IMG/VR virus record: IMGVR_UViG_3300013108_000188
Reading direction: 5' to 3' (one strand)
From: a virus
Length of the DNA: 64,000 nt
In this document: positions 37,356 through 46,622 of the stretch, in pieces
How positions within the stretch are numbered: the first letter of the stretch is position 1
How the letters are laid out: every line of letters starts with the position of its first letter
The notes under the pieces: model-generated
Told to the model about the DNA's origin: nothing
Databases searched by the model: none
The model's input: the letters and a program-made list of their open reading frames with translations, nothing else
Made by a program: the position numbers and the translations under genes

Positions 37356-39838
37356 TAGAAAAATGCCTCCAAACTTGCTTGAGGTTCAGCGTGCCAACCT
37401 ATTGAACCTAATATAAACCTCATCGGGTCTAAAAATGTTTTCTCAAATTGTAATTCATAATCTATATATTCTTTCAGTTCAAACTCTCTCGGAAGAGTAG
37501 CAAGATAAGAACATACATTAAACTTAAATGGATTAGGTTCTTTTAATAAAACAAACTTAATCTTATCTCCTTCTTGTATTGATGGATACTTATGGTCTAA
37601 TCTTTTATCTTTTAAATGATAATTGTATATGAGACTACCTTTGATATGTATTGGTGTTCCTTTAATGAATATAGTACTAGCACTATAATACTTTCTTAAA
37701 TTATTACAACTTCTAGGAAAAGCAATTTGTTCTGGTTCAAAATTTGTAAATTTCTTTTTAAAGTCTGCAATAAAATTATGTAAATCAGATTCTTCTTTAT
37801 TCATAATCAATCTAATTGCTTCTTTAATTGCAACTCTACATACTTCTGGCGTTGAAGATTTAACTGCTTCAATACCCATTATCTTTAGTTTAGGTTCTTC
37901 ATATCTAAAACCTTCTTCATCAAGTACATTAAGCATATATCTTTTCTTAGCAGTCCATATACCTTTATCAGCAATTACTTCTCGTTTCATAACCATTTTT
38001 TGTCCAATCGCATTGGTATAATCTGCAAGTTCATTAAAACACTTTTCTATAAATGGTTCTATTCTACTATCTACAACTCTATTAATAAAGTTTATTGTTT
38101 GTTCTTTAGTTTTATCCTTACATACTTTATTAACTAGTTCATCTAATCTTAAATAAATTGAATCTGTATCAGACGCAACAATATAATCTTGTTTTGTTTT
38201 TAATATATTATTAATATATTCATTTACTTTTTTCTCAATATACTGAATAATAAATTGACCAGAAGTAGTAATCGCTGTTGCTTGATTAACATTATAATAT
38301 CTAAAGTATTGATTACCTATGGCACCATAAGCACTATTCAATGATATTTTCTTTGCCCATTGAATATTATGACATCTACTAGTTTCTTTTGCATAGATTG
38401 GGTCTTTTGTTTTTTGATAATTTTTCTTTGCTTCAAACTCTAACTTCTTAAATTCTACTCGGTCATTGTACATCTTCTCCATTATCTTCGGTAAGAAACC
38501 TTGATTATCTATTTTAAACATAGCACCATTTGGAGTAATAGTACAACCTTTATCTTTTAAATAATTTAATTCTACTTTTTTCTTTATCATATTATTAACA
38601 CTAATACCTTCAGGATTAACACCTACCATTTTTTCTGGAGATATATTATACTGCATAATCAAATGTGGATATAGTGAGTTAATATCAAATGAAACAATCC
38701 ATTTATGTTGACCGACCTGTGGTGACTTAACATAAGCACCAACATACTTCTCATCTTTTGCTTGTTCTATTCTTGGTGGGATTTGAATATTATCTTTTAA
38801 TAAATGATTATAAATTAATGTATCCCATAATCTAACTTCTGAAAATACATCTTGGTAATTAATCTTTGCTTCATACGCCATAGTTAATACAAGTTCAATC
38901 AACTTTAATTTATCTTCTAGTTCATCAACTATCTCAACATCTTTAATATTGTAATCTACAAACGATTGAAAGTCATTGGTGTACCACTCTCTAAATGTAT
39001 CATATGGGTTGGCGTCTTTACCATTACTGCCAAGTTCTACTTTAGCAATATAATCTAGTTTATAACTTTCTTGTCTAACTGGAATAAATTTTTTATAGAT
39101 GTCAAGGTAATCTAACATAGTAATACCTTTAATATCATATGCCGTTTGTGTCTGACCTCTTACGGTTATCTGTTCACTATCAATTAATCCCCAAGGAGAT
39201 AACTTATTAATTACTTTATCTCCAACTAATAATTTAATTCTATTACATAGATATGGCAAATCAAAAAACTTTGTATTCCATCCTGTAATAATATCTGGAT
39301 AATTCTTTGTCCAAAATTTGAAAAACTCCATTAATAATTGTTTTTCATTTTGACACTCAATATAGGTTACATCTGCTCTCTTTGAAAAATAAGGTTTGGT
39401 TCCCCAGGTGATAATGTTCTTATTGGATTGGTTCTTAATAGTAAGACATAAGATTTCCTCTATAGGATTTTCTACATCTGGGAAACCTTTTTCAGCGGTT
39501 ACCTCAATATCTAATGTAAATATCTTAATCAGGTTCTTATCGTATTGTATATCACCTGGGTATTCTTCAGCGATGTATTGAAAATGGTATCTCTCATTTC
39601 CGTACAATGCACTATTAGAATTCTGATAATTTCTTTTAAATTCTCTTGCTTTGGGTATACTATTAAATGTGATTGGTTTTAAATTTTGACCTTGAAGATT
39701 TTTATGTGGACTATCTTCGTGTGTGATTGAAAACAATGTTGGTTTAAAGTTAATCTTTTCTTTAAATTCTTTTCCTTCGTGGATTCCTCTAACTAAAAGA
39801 TTACCTCTATGTTCAATTACATCTTTATAAAAATTCAT
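37355..39838 (-). CDS. gp43: T4 gp43-like family B DNA polymerase
   Basis: Exonuclease DIE, GWN.KFFD; SFDINSLYP, KISLNSAYG, SDTDS, KKRY. Confidence 0.98.
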   Translation of the reverse strand: MNFYKDVIEHRGNLLVRGIHEGKEFKEKINFKPTLFSITHEDSPHKNLQGQNLKPITFNSIPKAREFKRNYQNSNSALYGNERYHFQYIAEEYPGDIQYDKNLIKIFTLDIEVTAEKGFPDVENPIEEILCLTIKNQSNKNIITWGTKPYFSKRADVTYIECQNEKQLLMEFFKFWTKNYPDIITGWNTKFFDLPYLCNRIKLLVGDKVINKLSPWGLIDSEQITVRGQTQTAYDIKGITMLDYLDIYKKFIPVRQESYKLDYIAKVELGSNGKDANPYDTFREWYTNDFQSFVDYNIKDVEIVDELEDKLKLIELVLTMAYEAKINYQDVFSEVRLWDTLIYNHLLKDNIQIPPRIEQAKDEKYVGAYVKSPQVGQHKWIVSFDINSLYPHLIMQYNISPEKMVGVNPEGISVNNMIKKKVELNYLKDKGCTITPNGAMFKIDNQGFLPKIMEKMYNDRVEFKKLEFEAKKNYQKTKDPIYAKETSRCHNIQWAKKISLNSAYGAIGNQYFRYYNVNQATAITTSGQFIIQYIEKKVNEYINNILKTKQDYIVASDTDSIYLRLDELVNKVCKDKTKEQTINFINRVVDSRIEPFIEKCFNELADYTNAIGQKMVMKREVIADKGIWTAKKRYMLNVLDEEGFRYEEPKLKIMGIEAVKSSTPEVCRVAIKEAIRLIMNKEESDLHNFIADFKKKFTNFEPEQIAFPRSCNNLRKYYSASTIFIKGTPIHIKGSLIYNYHLKDKRLDHKYPSIQEGDKIKFVLLKEPNPFKFNVCSYLATLPREFELKEYIDYELQFEKTFLDPMRFILGSIGWHAEPQASLEAFF

Positions 39839-40203
39839 TATATATTCTCCATATCTCTTAAATGAACAATCAAACCATTATGTTTAGGTGTTAAAATAAC
39901 TTGACAAGCTAACCTAGAATACATACGGTCATATTCAGGTTGCATTTCCATTAATTCTGTTTCTAAACTATTATGTTCAGCAGGACCTACTCTATTAATA
40001 TCTTCTTTTATATTAATATGACAAGTACCACACGCTTGACATCCTCCACAATCGGCAGGAATCTCATCAATGGAAGTATTAGCAAATTTCTTTGCCGCTT
40101 CCATAATTGTAAAACCTGGCGGTACTTTGACTTCTTGTTTTGTGCCGTCTTTACTTACAAAGTATATTGTCAAAGTATCCTTCTGTTGGATACTATCTGA
40201 CAT
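39838..40203 (-). CDS. fdx: Adrenodoxin/ISC-type [2Fe-2S] ferredoxin
   Basis: CGGCQACGTCH ... SRLACQ. Confidence 0.9.
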   Translation of the reverse strand: MSDSIQQKDTLTIYFVSKDGTKQEVKVPPGFTIMEAAKKFANTSIDEIPADCGGCQACGTCHINIKEDINRVGPAEHNSLETELMEMQPEYDRMYSRLACQVILTPKHNGLIVHLRDMENI

Positions 40204-40493
40204 TATGTTATTAATCCTGGTCCTTGAATAATTTTACTTACACTTTGTTTATAACTAGCAAGTAAGTCTTGTTTTGGTTCCACCGTTGTTAATATCTTGT
40301 CATCTGCAAAAGTAACCGTATCGGTTTCTGCATATGGGATATAAGTGAACATACCAAACTTCATTGACTTCCCTGCTTCGGGAGCACTTGTTGGATAAAT
40401 GATATATGGATTTTTGACAGAAGTTGTTCCGTCTTTTTTTGAAATTTCTCCGATAATATCTTCACCTGTTATTAGTCTTACTATTTTTACCAT
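40203..40493 (-). CDS. Conserved small T4-like protein
   Basis: IVRLITGEDIIG start, common in marine myoviruses. Confidence 0.65.
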   Translation of the reverse strand: MVKIVRLITGEDIIGEISKKDGTTSVKNPYIIYPTSAPEAGKSMKFGMFTYIPYAETDTVTFADDKILTTVEPKQDLLASYKQSVSKIIQGPGLIT

Positions 40494-40502
40494 AATAACT
40501 CC

Positions 40503-40531
40503 ATTATATTATAATTGTTAGTCTTTGTCAA
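40503..40531 (-). promoter_or_regulatory. Sigma70-type promoter (fdx/gp43 operon)
   Basis: TTGACA-N17-TATAAT. Confidence 0.8.
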
Positions 40532-41996
40532 TAGGCGGCAATCTCTTACTTAATACGAAAGTCCTACTAGGATTTACGCTAGCGTGAAACTGCCTAATCA
40601 TATCTCTATTTAACAAGACATCCGAACCTGACCTTGGTCTTTGGTCTAGTCCAAATTCTATATCTTTATAAGTAAACCCATTGAAAGTCATATCTAACAA
40701 TACGGTTTTTCTTATTTCGCTTGGTTCATCACCAGCGTTTGCTCTAAAAACTCTACTCTCTCCGTGAATTGGTTTAGTATATGTTTTCTTATTATACTTC
40801 CAACTTACCGTTTTACCTTTTATCTTAATATCTTCTGCGTGTAATGAACAAGCTTTAGCTCCATTACCTGTATCTAACTTGGCTCTTATCTTACCAATGT
40901 CTTCTAATTCTATTGTCTCTAACCAACCTGTTTCTATAATTGATTGTCTATCCCAATTACTTCTATCAGAAATATATTTAACAAAGTTTTTAACTAATTG
41001 TTTACCAGTAATTGCACCTCCAGGATTTGGTCCTTCAAGGTCTTTATATGCGTAACCTTCATAATCAGCACCAGTACCAGGAGAACCATTGACTTCAAGT
41101 ACATAGTACTTACCATCAACAATAATATGGTCTACTCCAACTACATATGCTTTACTAGCTCTACTAGCTTTTAAAATAATTTCTATTTCATCATCATTTA
41201 ATTTATAAGGTACTGCCTTAGCACCTCTATGTGTATTAGTTCTAAAATCAAAAGATGATTGTATTCTTTTTGTACTAGCAAATATCTTATTATCTGCTAC
41301 AAAAGTTCTTATATCAAATTTAACAGGCATAAATTCTTGTATTAATAATTCTGCTTCGTGTTTCCATAGTGATTGAATAGTAGATACAAGCGACTCATAA
41401 CTATCACATTTAACAACTCCGATACCTTGCGTACCTGTTAATGTTTTTAATACTACTGGAAACTTACCACCTATTAGTTTTACTGCGTCATCTATATTTT
41501 TTTCGTTAGATACGAAAGCAGTTCTAGGTGTTGGTATTGCAAACTTTTCAAATAATAATGCTGTTGTTAATTTATTATTACAAGTTAACATTGAGTTTCT
41601 TGTATTAATCATAAACGAACCAGAGTTTTGAAAAGCAGATATGATTGAAAGTCCTGCTTCATCTTCAACTGCACCTGCTCTAGTAATACAAATGGTGTCT
41701 CTACCAATAAATGTATGTTCAGTATCTTTACCATCATAGTTATAGATGGTTAAAGTATTCTTTTCTTCGTCTTTACCTGTTATGATTGCGTGTCTAGTTT
41801 CAATAACTATACACTTGATTTTCAATTCTTCGCAAGTCTCAGCAATCAGACCAACGGTTAATTCCTTTTTCTCCTTACCACCAACTTTTCTTTTTTTGAT
41901 GTTCGGATGAGTTTTGGTAACTACCGCTATCTGTATAGTTCTATCAGAACCTTTTTTTGCTTCGGTTATGAAATCTTTGAAATTTGATACTTGCAT
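40518..41996 (-). CDS. RimK-like ATP-grasp ligase fused to RimK-associated aspartic-protease-like domain
   Basis: NKL.T, PVVLK..GTQGIGV, QEF, DIR, FRTN.HRG, GVD, LEVNGSPG; C-terminal AKLDTGN...LLNR. Confidence 0.85.
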   Translation of the reverse strand: MQVSNFKDFITEAKKGSDRTIQIAVVTKTHPNIKKRKVGGKEKKELTVGLIAETCEELKIKCIVIETRHAIITGKDEEKNTLTIYNYDGKDTEHTFIGRDTICITRAGAVEDEAGLSIISAFQNSGSFMINTRNSMLTCNNKLTTALLFEKFAIPTPRTAFVSNEKNIDDAVKLIGGKFPVVLKTLTGTQGIGVVKCDSYESLVSTIQSLWKHEAELLIQEFMPVKFDIRTFVADNKIFASTKRIQSSFDFRTNTHRGAKAVPYKLNDDEIEIILKASRASKAYVVGVDHIIVDGKYYVLEVNGSPGTGADYEGYAYKDLEGPNPGGAITGKQLVKNFVKYISDRSNWDRQSIIETGWLETIELEDIGKIRAKLDTGNGAKACSLHAEDIKIKGKTVSWKYNKKTYTKPIHGESRVFRANAGDEPSEIRKTVLLDMTFNGFTYKDIEFGLDQRPRSGSDVLLNRDMIRQFHASVNPSRTFVLSKRLPPIDKD

Positions 41997-42455
41997 TTAT
42001 TGACCTTCATTTTTACCTTCTTTGGAAACTTCTTCCTTCTTCTCATCAACTTTCTTACCAATGTTATATTTAGCAGAAAGTATCCATTCTTTCTTTTCTT
42101 TAAATGGTAATACTTTTATTTGAGATAAAGGCGCTTTGTTTTCAGCTGCCTCTTTTTTTACAATGGAAATAAGGTTCCAATCTGCTAGTAATACTGCGAT
42201 TGTATTTCTTCTTTGTATATCGTTTTCGGTCAATGTAGCTTTCTTACCATCTAAAGCAAATAGTTCTTTGAAGTGAACAATGTAATATTTGCCTTGTTTA
42301 TGTAATATATGGCAAGATTGAAATAGTGTTTTGTCTTTCCTAGACGCCACGCCTATTCTTGTTAAAGTCTCTCTAACTTTAAGAAAGTCGTCAGGTTGCT
42401 TGATTGTTACCTCTAGCATATCATCTGGCGACCAGTTTAATGTGTCTGTCGTCAT
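41997..42455 (-). CDS. regA: RegA translational repressor
   Basis: DDFLKVRETLTRIGVAS, QSCHILHKQGKYYIVHFKELF. Confidence 0.96.
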   Translation of the reverse strand: MTTDTLNWSPDDMLEVTIKQPDDFLKVRETLTRIGVASRKDKTLFQSCHILHKQGKYYIVHFKELFALDGKKATLTENDIQRRNTIAVLLADWNLISIVKKEAAENKAPLSQIKVLPFKEKKEWILSAKYNIGKKVDEKKEEVSKEGKNEGQ

Positions 42456-42850
42456 TTTCTTTTATGTCTCCCACCCTTTTGCAAGGATTGTTTTATAGTT
42501 TCAATTTGTTTTCTAGTCAATATGCTGAGAGCGGATTTGGCTTTTTCATTACTATACCCATAATACTCTTTTACATACTCTATATCTTTAAGCTTTTCTG
42601 CTTTCAACCATTTAGCAAATCGCTTTTTCTTTCTTACTATATTTAGTAAAAAATGATATTGCATATTGTTAGGGAGAAAATGATACCCATTCATTTCGTT
42701 GGCAGCGATTAAGGTATCATAGTGATAAGACAGACATTTGTTGACCACAAACGCAGGATACTTCTTTTCCCAAAAGTAGTCTTCGGTATCCATTACATCC
42801 TTTTTAGTAAAGTTAATACTATTAAGGTATTCTTTTAACTCGTAAGCCAT
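42452..42850 (-). CDS. gp62: Clamp loader small subunit
   Basis: YLNSIN, Y.AFVVNKCLS, ANEMN, YYGYS.EKA; synteny. Confidence 0.92.
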   Translation of the reverse strand: MAYELKEYLNSINFTKKDVMDTEDYFWEKKYPAFVVNKCLSYHYDTLIAANEMNGYHFLPNNMQYHFLLNIVRKKKRFAKWLKAEKLKDIEYVKEYYGYSNEKAKSALSILTRKQIETIKQSLQKGGRHKRK

Positions 42851-43794
42851 TATTTAAACTTACAATTAGCCATTATCTCGGTTAAACAAGCGACCATATT
42901 GATTTCTTGGTCTGCGACAAAACCTGCCTTGTACTGATAACCTGCGATAACTAATACTGCTTGAGGTATTGATTTAGGGTCTAACGCCTTCCACAATACT
43001 TCATATAGATTTCTAAACATAGATGATGGTTCTTTATCTATATTCTGAATAACCCATTTACGCATATCATTAAATCTTTTTTCTTTTAATGTTGCGACTA
43101 ATTCCTTTGTGTTTGTTTCTGATAAACTAAACAATATCCCACTATCAATTTTACCTCTTACTGAATATCTTTGAAGTTCGTTGATAGTTCTTCTGAAATC
43201 TGGAAAGTGTTTTATAATAAGTTCTGCTAATACTTTCTTATCATAAGGTACTTTTTCATCATCTAATATAGTACCTAATCTAATCATCATAGCGTCAGCA
43301 CATTTTTTTCTATAACCATTTTTGATTGCAAAATCAACTACGGTACAACGACTATGTAATGCTGGGATTATTTTGTTTTTGAAATTGCAAGTAAATATAA
43401 ATCTACAATTCTTATAAAAAGTCTCTATAAAATTTCTTAAAGCAGGTTGAACACTATCGGCGTTCATATAATCTGCTTCATCAACTATTATAACTTTGTG
43501 ATTTGCTTCTTTGTCTAAAGAAACCGTACTTGCAAAAGATTTTATTTTAGTTCTTAATGTGTCAATTTGACGGCCTTCGTCTGACCCATTAATAATAAGA
43601 TAATCACATTTTAATTCTTCACATAAGGCACGAGCAACCGTTGTCTTACCTGTACCTGCTGTACCTGATAAGAGTAGATTACTTATCTCACCTTGTCTTA
43701 AAAAAGATTGAAATGTTTGTTTTGTATCTTCTGGAAGGATACAATCTTCAATTGTCTTTGGGCGATATTTTTCAACCCACAGAAAGTCTGCCAT
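42850..43794 (-). CDS. gp44: Clamp loader AAA+ subunit
   Basis: LWVEKYRP, GTAGTGKTT, DEAD, HSRC, FPDFRR. Confidence 0.96.
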   Translation of the reverse strand: MADFLWVEKYRPKTIEDCILPEDTKQTFQSFLRQGEISNLLLSGTAGTGKTTVARALCEELKCDYLIINGSDEGRQIDTLRTKIKSFASTVSLDKEANHKVIIVDEADYMNADSVQPALRNFIETFYKNCRFIFTCNFKNKIIPALHSRCTVVDFAIKNGYRKKCADAMMIRLGTILDDEKVPYDKKVLAELIIKHFPDFRRTINELQRYSVRGKIDSGILFSLSETNTKELVATLKEKRFNDMRKWVIQNIDKEPSSMFRNLYEVLWKALDPKSIPQAVLVIAGYQYKAGFVADQEINMVACLTEIMANCKFK

Positions 43795-43827
43795 AATATA
43801 TACTCCATAATAAAATTAAACAAAAAA

Positions 43828-44493
43828 TTATAATTCAGATTCAGGTTCTAAAGCAATCCAATATTGTACTGGTCTTGTTCTATTAACAAAATGTGAAATT
43901 TTTTGTTTTGAAATAGCAACATCATAGTCATCTTCTAACATTTTAAAGTTTTCTGCTTTAAAGTATGCCTTAAATTTCTTCGTACTAGTTCCTAAATCAA
44001 TATCAAACTTATTAGAAGCTTTGTTTTTTCTGTCTTCTGCAATAAGTTTCATAGTTTTACCATCGCCGATAACTCCGACATCTGGTAAGTTCAAAGTCAC
44101 CACACCTTTTTGAAGTCTAGCAAAATCAGCTTTCTTTAAAGTAAAAGAAACTTCTGTATCTGGCATAGTGATTGATTTTGTAGGTGCAACAATAACAGAT
44201 TCGTCAGCGAAAGTGTACTTACTTGTAGACCTTCCATCTTTTCCTGTAATACCTACACTTGAACCACCATTAAATTTTAAAGATGGTGCTTCAAATAAAT
44301 CTATTGTTCTTAAAAATTCAGGCAAATCATAGATAGCAAATTGCTCGCTAAAATCTTCTTTAATATCTGCCTGTGCTAAAATATTTTTCATAGTAGAAAT
44401 TGTATTTAATTTCTTACCTGGTTTGATTAAAATATTTTGGTTTATATTTGCAAAGTTTTTTAACATTGCAATCGTGTCATTTGATAAGTTCAT
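43828..44493 (-). CDS. gp45: Sliding clamp
   Basis: LKNFANINQNI, FAIYDLPEFL, YWIALE. Confidence 0.94.
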   Translation of the reverse strand: MNLSNDTIAMLKNFANINQNILIKPGKKLNTISTMKNILAQADIKEDFSEQFAIYDLPEFLRTIDLFEAPSLKFNGGSSVGITGKDGRSTSKYTFADESVIVAPTKSITMPDTEVSFTLKKADFARLQKGVVTLNLPDVGVIGDGKTMKLIAEDRKNKASNKFDIDLGTSTKKFKAYFKAENFKMLEDDYDVAISKQKISHFVNRTRPVQYWIALEPESEL

Positions 44494-44521
44494 ATCAATA
44501 TTTCTCCTTCATTATTTAAAC

Positions 44522-44550
44522 ATTATATTATAGTGTGTGTCGTTTGTCAA
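44522..44550 (-). promoter_or_regulatory. Sigma70-type promoter for gp45-44-62-regA
   Basis: TTGACA-N17-TATAAT. Confidence 0.8.
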
Positions 44551-45095
44551 TAGCCACTTGTTAAATAATTGACAATATTTTCTGGTGTTGTTTCTACATA
44601 TGGGTCGCCATCATTACTTTCATTATTGATACCTGGTTCTTCCCACCAGTTTTCAACAACTCCGTCTTTGACTATTGCCATATATCTCCAACTTCTCATT
44701 CCAAAACCTTGTTTAGGTTTGTCAACTAACATACCCATAGCTCTTGTAAATTCTCCTGTGCCATCTGCAATCAATTTAACTTTTTTGATTCCACTATGAT
44801 GTGCCCAAGCATTCATAACAAACGAATCATTTACAGATACACAATACACTTCATCTATATTAGAAGTTCTTATCCTATCGTAATTTGATTCAAAACCAGG
44901 AAGTTGTTTTCCAGAACAAGTTGGTGTAAATGCACCAGGCAAACTGAATAAAACAACTCTCTTACCTTTAAAGTAATCATCGGTTGTCTTATTAATCCAC
45001 TCTCCACCAATAGGACATCCGCCTGAAGAATCAGTTGAATAATCGTCTCCTGTTCTTACACGAAATCTTACTAATGGTAATTCTTTATTTTTCAT
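44547..45095 (-). CDS. Peroxiredoxin (Prx5/redoxin type)
   Basis: LPGAFTPTCS, CVSVNDSFVM.AW, GMRSWRY. Confidence 0.92.
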   Translation of the reverse strand: MKNKELPLVRFRVRTGDDYSTDSSGGCPIGGEWINKTTDDYFKGKRVVLFSLPGAFTPTCSGKQLPGFESNYDRIRTSNIDEVYCVSVNDSFVMNAWAHHSGIKKVKLIADGTGEFTRAMGMLVDKPKQGFGMRSWRYMAIVKDGVVENWWEEPGINNESNDGDPYVETTPENIVNYLTSGY

Positions 45096-45120
45096 CGATT
45101 CATTTCCTCATTATTCATAT

Positions 45121-45149
45121 AATATAACATAATCTATAAAAGAAGTCAA
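45121..45149 (-). promoter_or_regulatory. Sigma70-type promoter
   Basis: TTGACT-N17-TATATT with extended -10 TG. Confidence 0.65.
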
Positions 45150-45222
45150 TAGGCCGTGGTTTATTACGGCCTATCAACATTTAGCTAATTAGCGAAGCTA
45201 AAACGCCACTCCGCTGTATTAC

Positions 45223-45675
45223 TTATTTAATCTTAATAGTTCTAGGTTTCTTACCTTCAGGGACTATTTTAACTAAAGATACTCTTAAAAGACCGTCTTT
45301 AAGTTCAGCACCTTTTACTTCCACATCGTCAGCGATAGTAAAAGTTCTGCTAAAGTTTCTTTTAGCGATACCTTTATGAAGTACACCATCGTTGTCCTCA
45401 ACTTCTTGCGTTTCTTGGTCTTTCTTTGAAACGATTGTTAGAACATTGTCGGCATATTCAACAGAAACATCTTCTTTAGAATATCCTGCTAATGCGACTT
45501 CTATATCATAAGTCAGTTTACCTGTCTTTCTGATATTGTATGGTGGATAATTTGAGACTCTTGGAAAGTTTAAGTCTGTATCTAGCATTGACTCAAAATG
45601 GTCAAATACTGAATCGAAACCTACACTTATAGGTCTTAAATTATTAAAAAATTGAATTGCTTTTGAATTGGTCAT
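45223..45675 (-). CDS. hsp20: Small heat shock protein (IbpA/Hsp20)
   Basis: NYPPYNI, IEVALAG, LHKGIAKR.F.RTF, A.LKDGLL. Confidence 0.94.
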   Translation of the reverse strand: MTNSKAIQFFNNLRPISVGFDSVFDHFESMLDTDLNFPRVSNYPPYNIRKTGKLTYDIEVALAGYSKEDVSVEYADNVLTIVSKKDQETQEVEDNDGVLHKGIAKRNFSRTFTIADDVEVKGAELKDGLLRVSLVKIVPEGKKPRTIKIK

Positions 45676-45680
45676 AATTG

Positions 45681-45734
45681 AACCTCCTTTTGTTAAGCAA
45701 AGTTAATTTTCCGAGAACCCATTATGGCGTTCTC
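45681..45734 (-). promoter_or_regulatory. ROSE-like RNA thermometer in the hsp20 leader
   Basis: AACUUU-G-CUU pairs with AAGGAGGUU (the SD) leaving a bulged G; a 5' hairpin GAGAAC..GUUCUC precedes it. Confidence 0.6.
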
Positions 45735-45739
45735 TATAT

Positions 45740-45771
45740 TATTTATATAAGTACTATCTCAAAAATGTCAA
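45740..45771 (-). promoter_or_regulatory. Overlapping sigma70 (-35 TTGACA) and late (TATAAATA) promoter for hsp20
   Basis: TTGACA at 45766-45771; TATAAATA at 45740-45747. Confidence 0.65.
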
Positions 45772-45784
45772 GCACTTAATATAA

Positions 45785-45920
45785 AAAAGTGGTGGTTTTT
45801 ACATAGACATATTCGTCTTATGAGGAGAACCACCTAAACTCCAGCGACACCGTATTTGATTTAATATCTGGTTACGGCGACCTTTTACGCTCTGCCAGGA
45901 CTTATGAATTGCCTAAGCAT
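45785..45920 (-). ncRNA. Putative structured RNA between rpsU and hsp20
   Basis: ORF-free and relatively GC-rich; nested stems AGCG/CGCT, CCGTA/TACGG and GGTGGTT/AACCACC followed by a U run. Confidence 0.35.
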
Positions 45921-45963
45921 AATATATATACAACTTCAACAAATTGCAACAGCGTAAAATACA

Positions 45964-46167
45964 TTAATATCCTCTTTGAGCCATCAGCTTTTTCTTATTT
46001 TTTAAGAAAGCTCTAGTCATTTCTTTTTTCTTACGATTCTTTTTGTCGCAAGGTTTTTCATAATATTGACGCTGACGCAGTTCTTTTAATCTGCCATCTT
46101 TCTGGAGTTTCTTCTTTAAAACTCTCATTGCTTGCTCAACATTATTATTTCTAACTACTACTAACAA
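45964..46167 (-). CDS. rpsU: Ribosomal protein bS21
   Basis: VVVRNNNVEQAMRVLKKK..ELRQRQYYEKP. Confidence 0.9.
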   Translation of the reverse strand: MLVVVRNNNVEQAMRVLKKKLQKDGRLKELRQRQYYEKPCDKKNRKKKEMTRAFLKNKKKLMAQRGY

Positions 46168-46181
46168 CTTTATTACCTCCT

Positions 46182-46622
46182 TTACACATAATTTGTACTA
46201 TAAAATTTTAAATATTTGTATTCTTCTGGTGACAAATCTTTAATAAAGACCATTTTTTCTTGGTCCATATATACATCATACCTAACTTCACCATTTTTTC
46301 TTTTGGTTTTTCCACATTTAAATCCTTCTTTTATCTCCCACATCCTAGCTTGAGGACTTCTATCTGTTGGACACTCAATCCAAATAAAACCTTTTTTACA
46401 TTTTTCTATTTGATTTAATTTTAAACTACAACAATTATTAACTACATACCTTGTTTGTGTTTTAATTTCTTTTCTTTTATCATCTACTAAAATATCTTTC
46501 TCCATATCAAATGGATTTAAAGATAGATGTATTTTATGACCTAGTGAAGAACAATGATTAGCATAAATCTTCTCTCCTAAATCTCCTAAAATTTTCATTC
46601 TTTCTTTTTCACTTATGTTCAT
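46182..46622 (-). CDS. Hypothetical protein, PD-(D/E)XK-like
   Basis: G..GE ... KDILVD..EIKTQ. Confidence 0.5.
   Translation of the reverse strand: MNISEKERMKILGDLGEKIYANHCSSLGHKIHLSLNPFDMEKDILVDDKRKEIKTQTRYVVNNCCSLKLNQIEKCKKGFIWIECPTDRSPQARMWEIKEGFKCGKTKRKNGEVRYDVYMDQEKMVFIKDLSPEEYKYLKFYSTNYV

Noticed and set aside
659-39838. Introns or inteins in nrdA, nrdB, gp41 or gp43
   Set aside because: All are continuous and of normal length, and no intein termini were seen
45151-45202. Two small hairpins downstream of hsp20 as an ncRNA
   Set aside because: They are short and adequately explained as a terminator or stability hairpins
1770-46167. Cellular origin or host contamination suggested by rplL, rpsU, adk, guaC and csgG
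   Set aside because: These genes are interleaved and often overlapping with T4 core genes, several lie under gp55-type promoters, and they lack their normal bacterial operon neighbours
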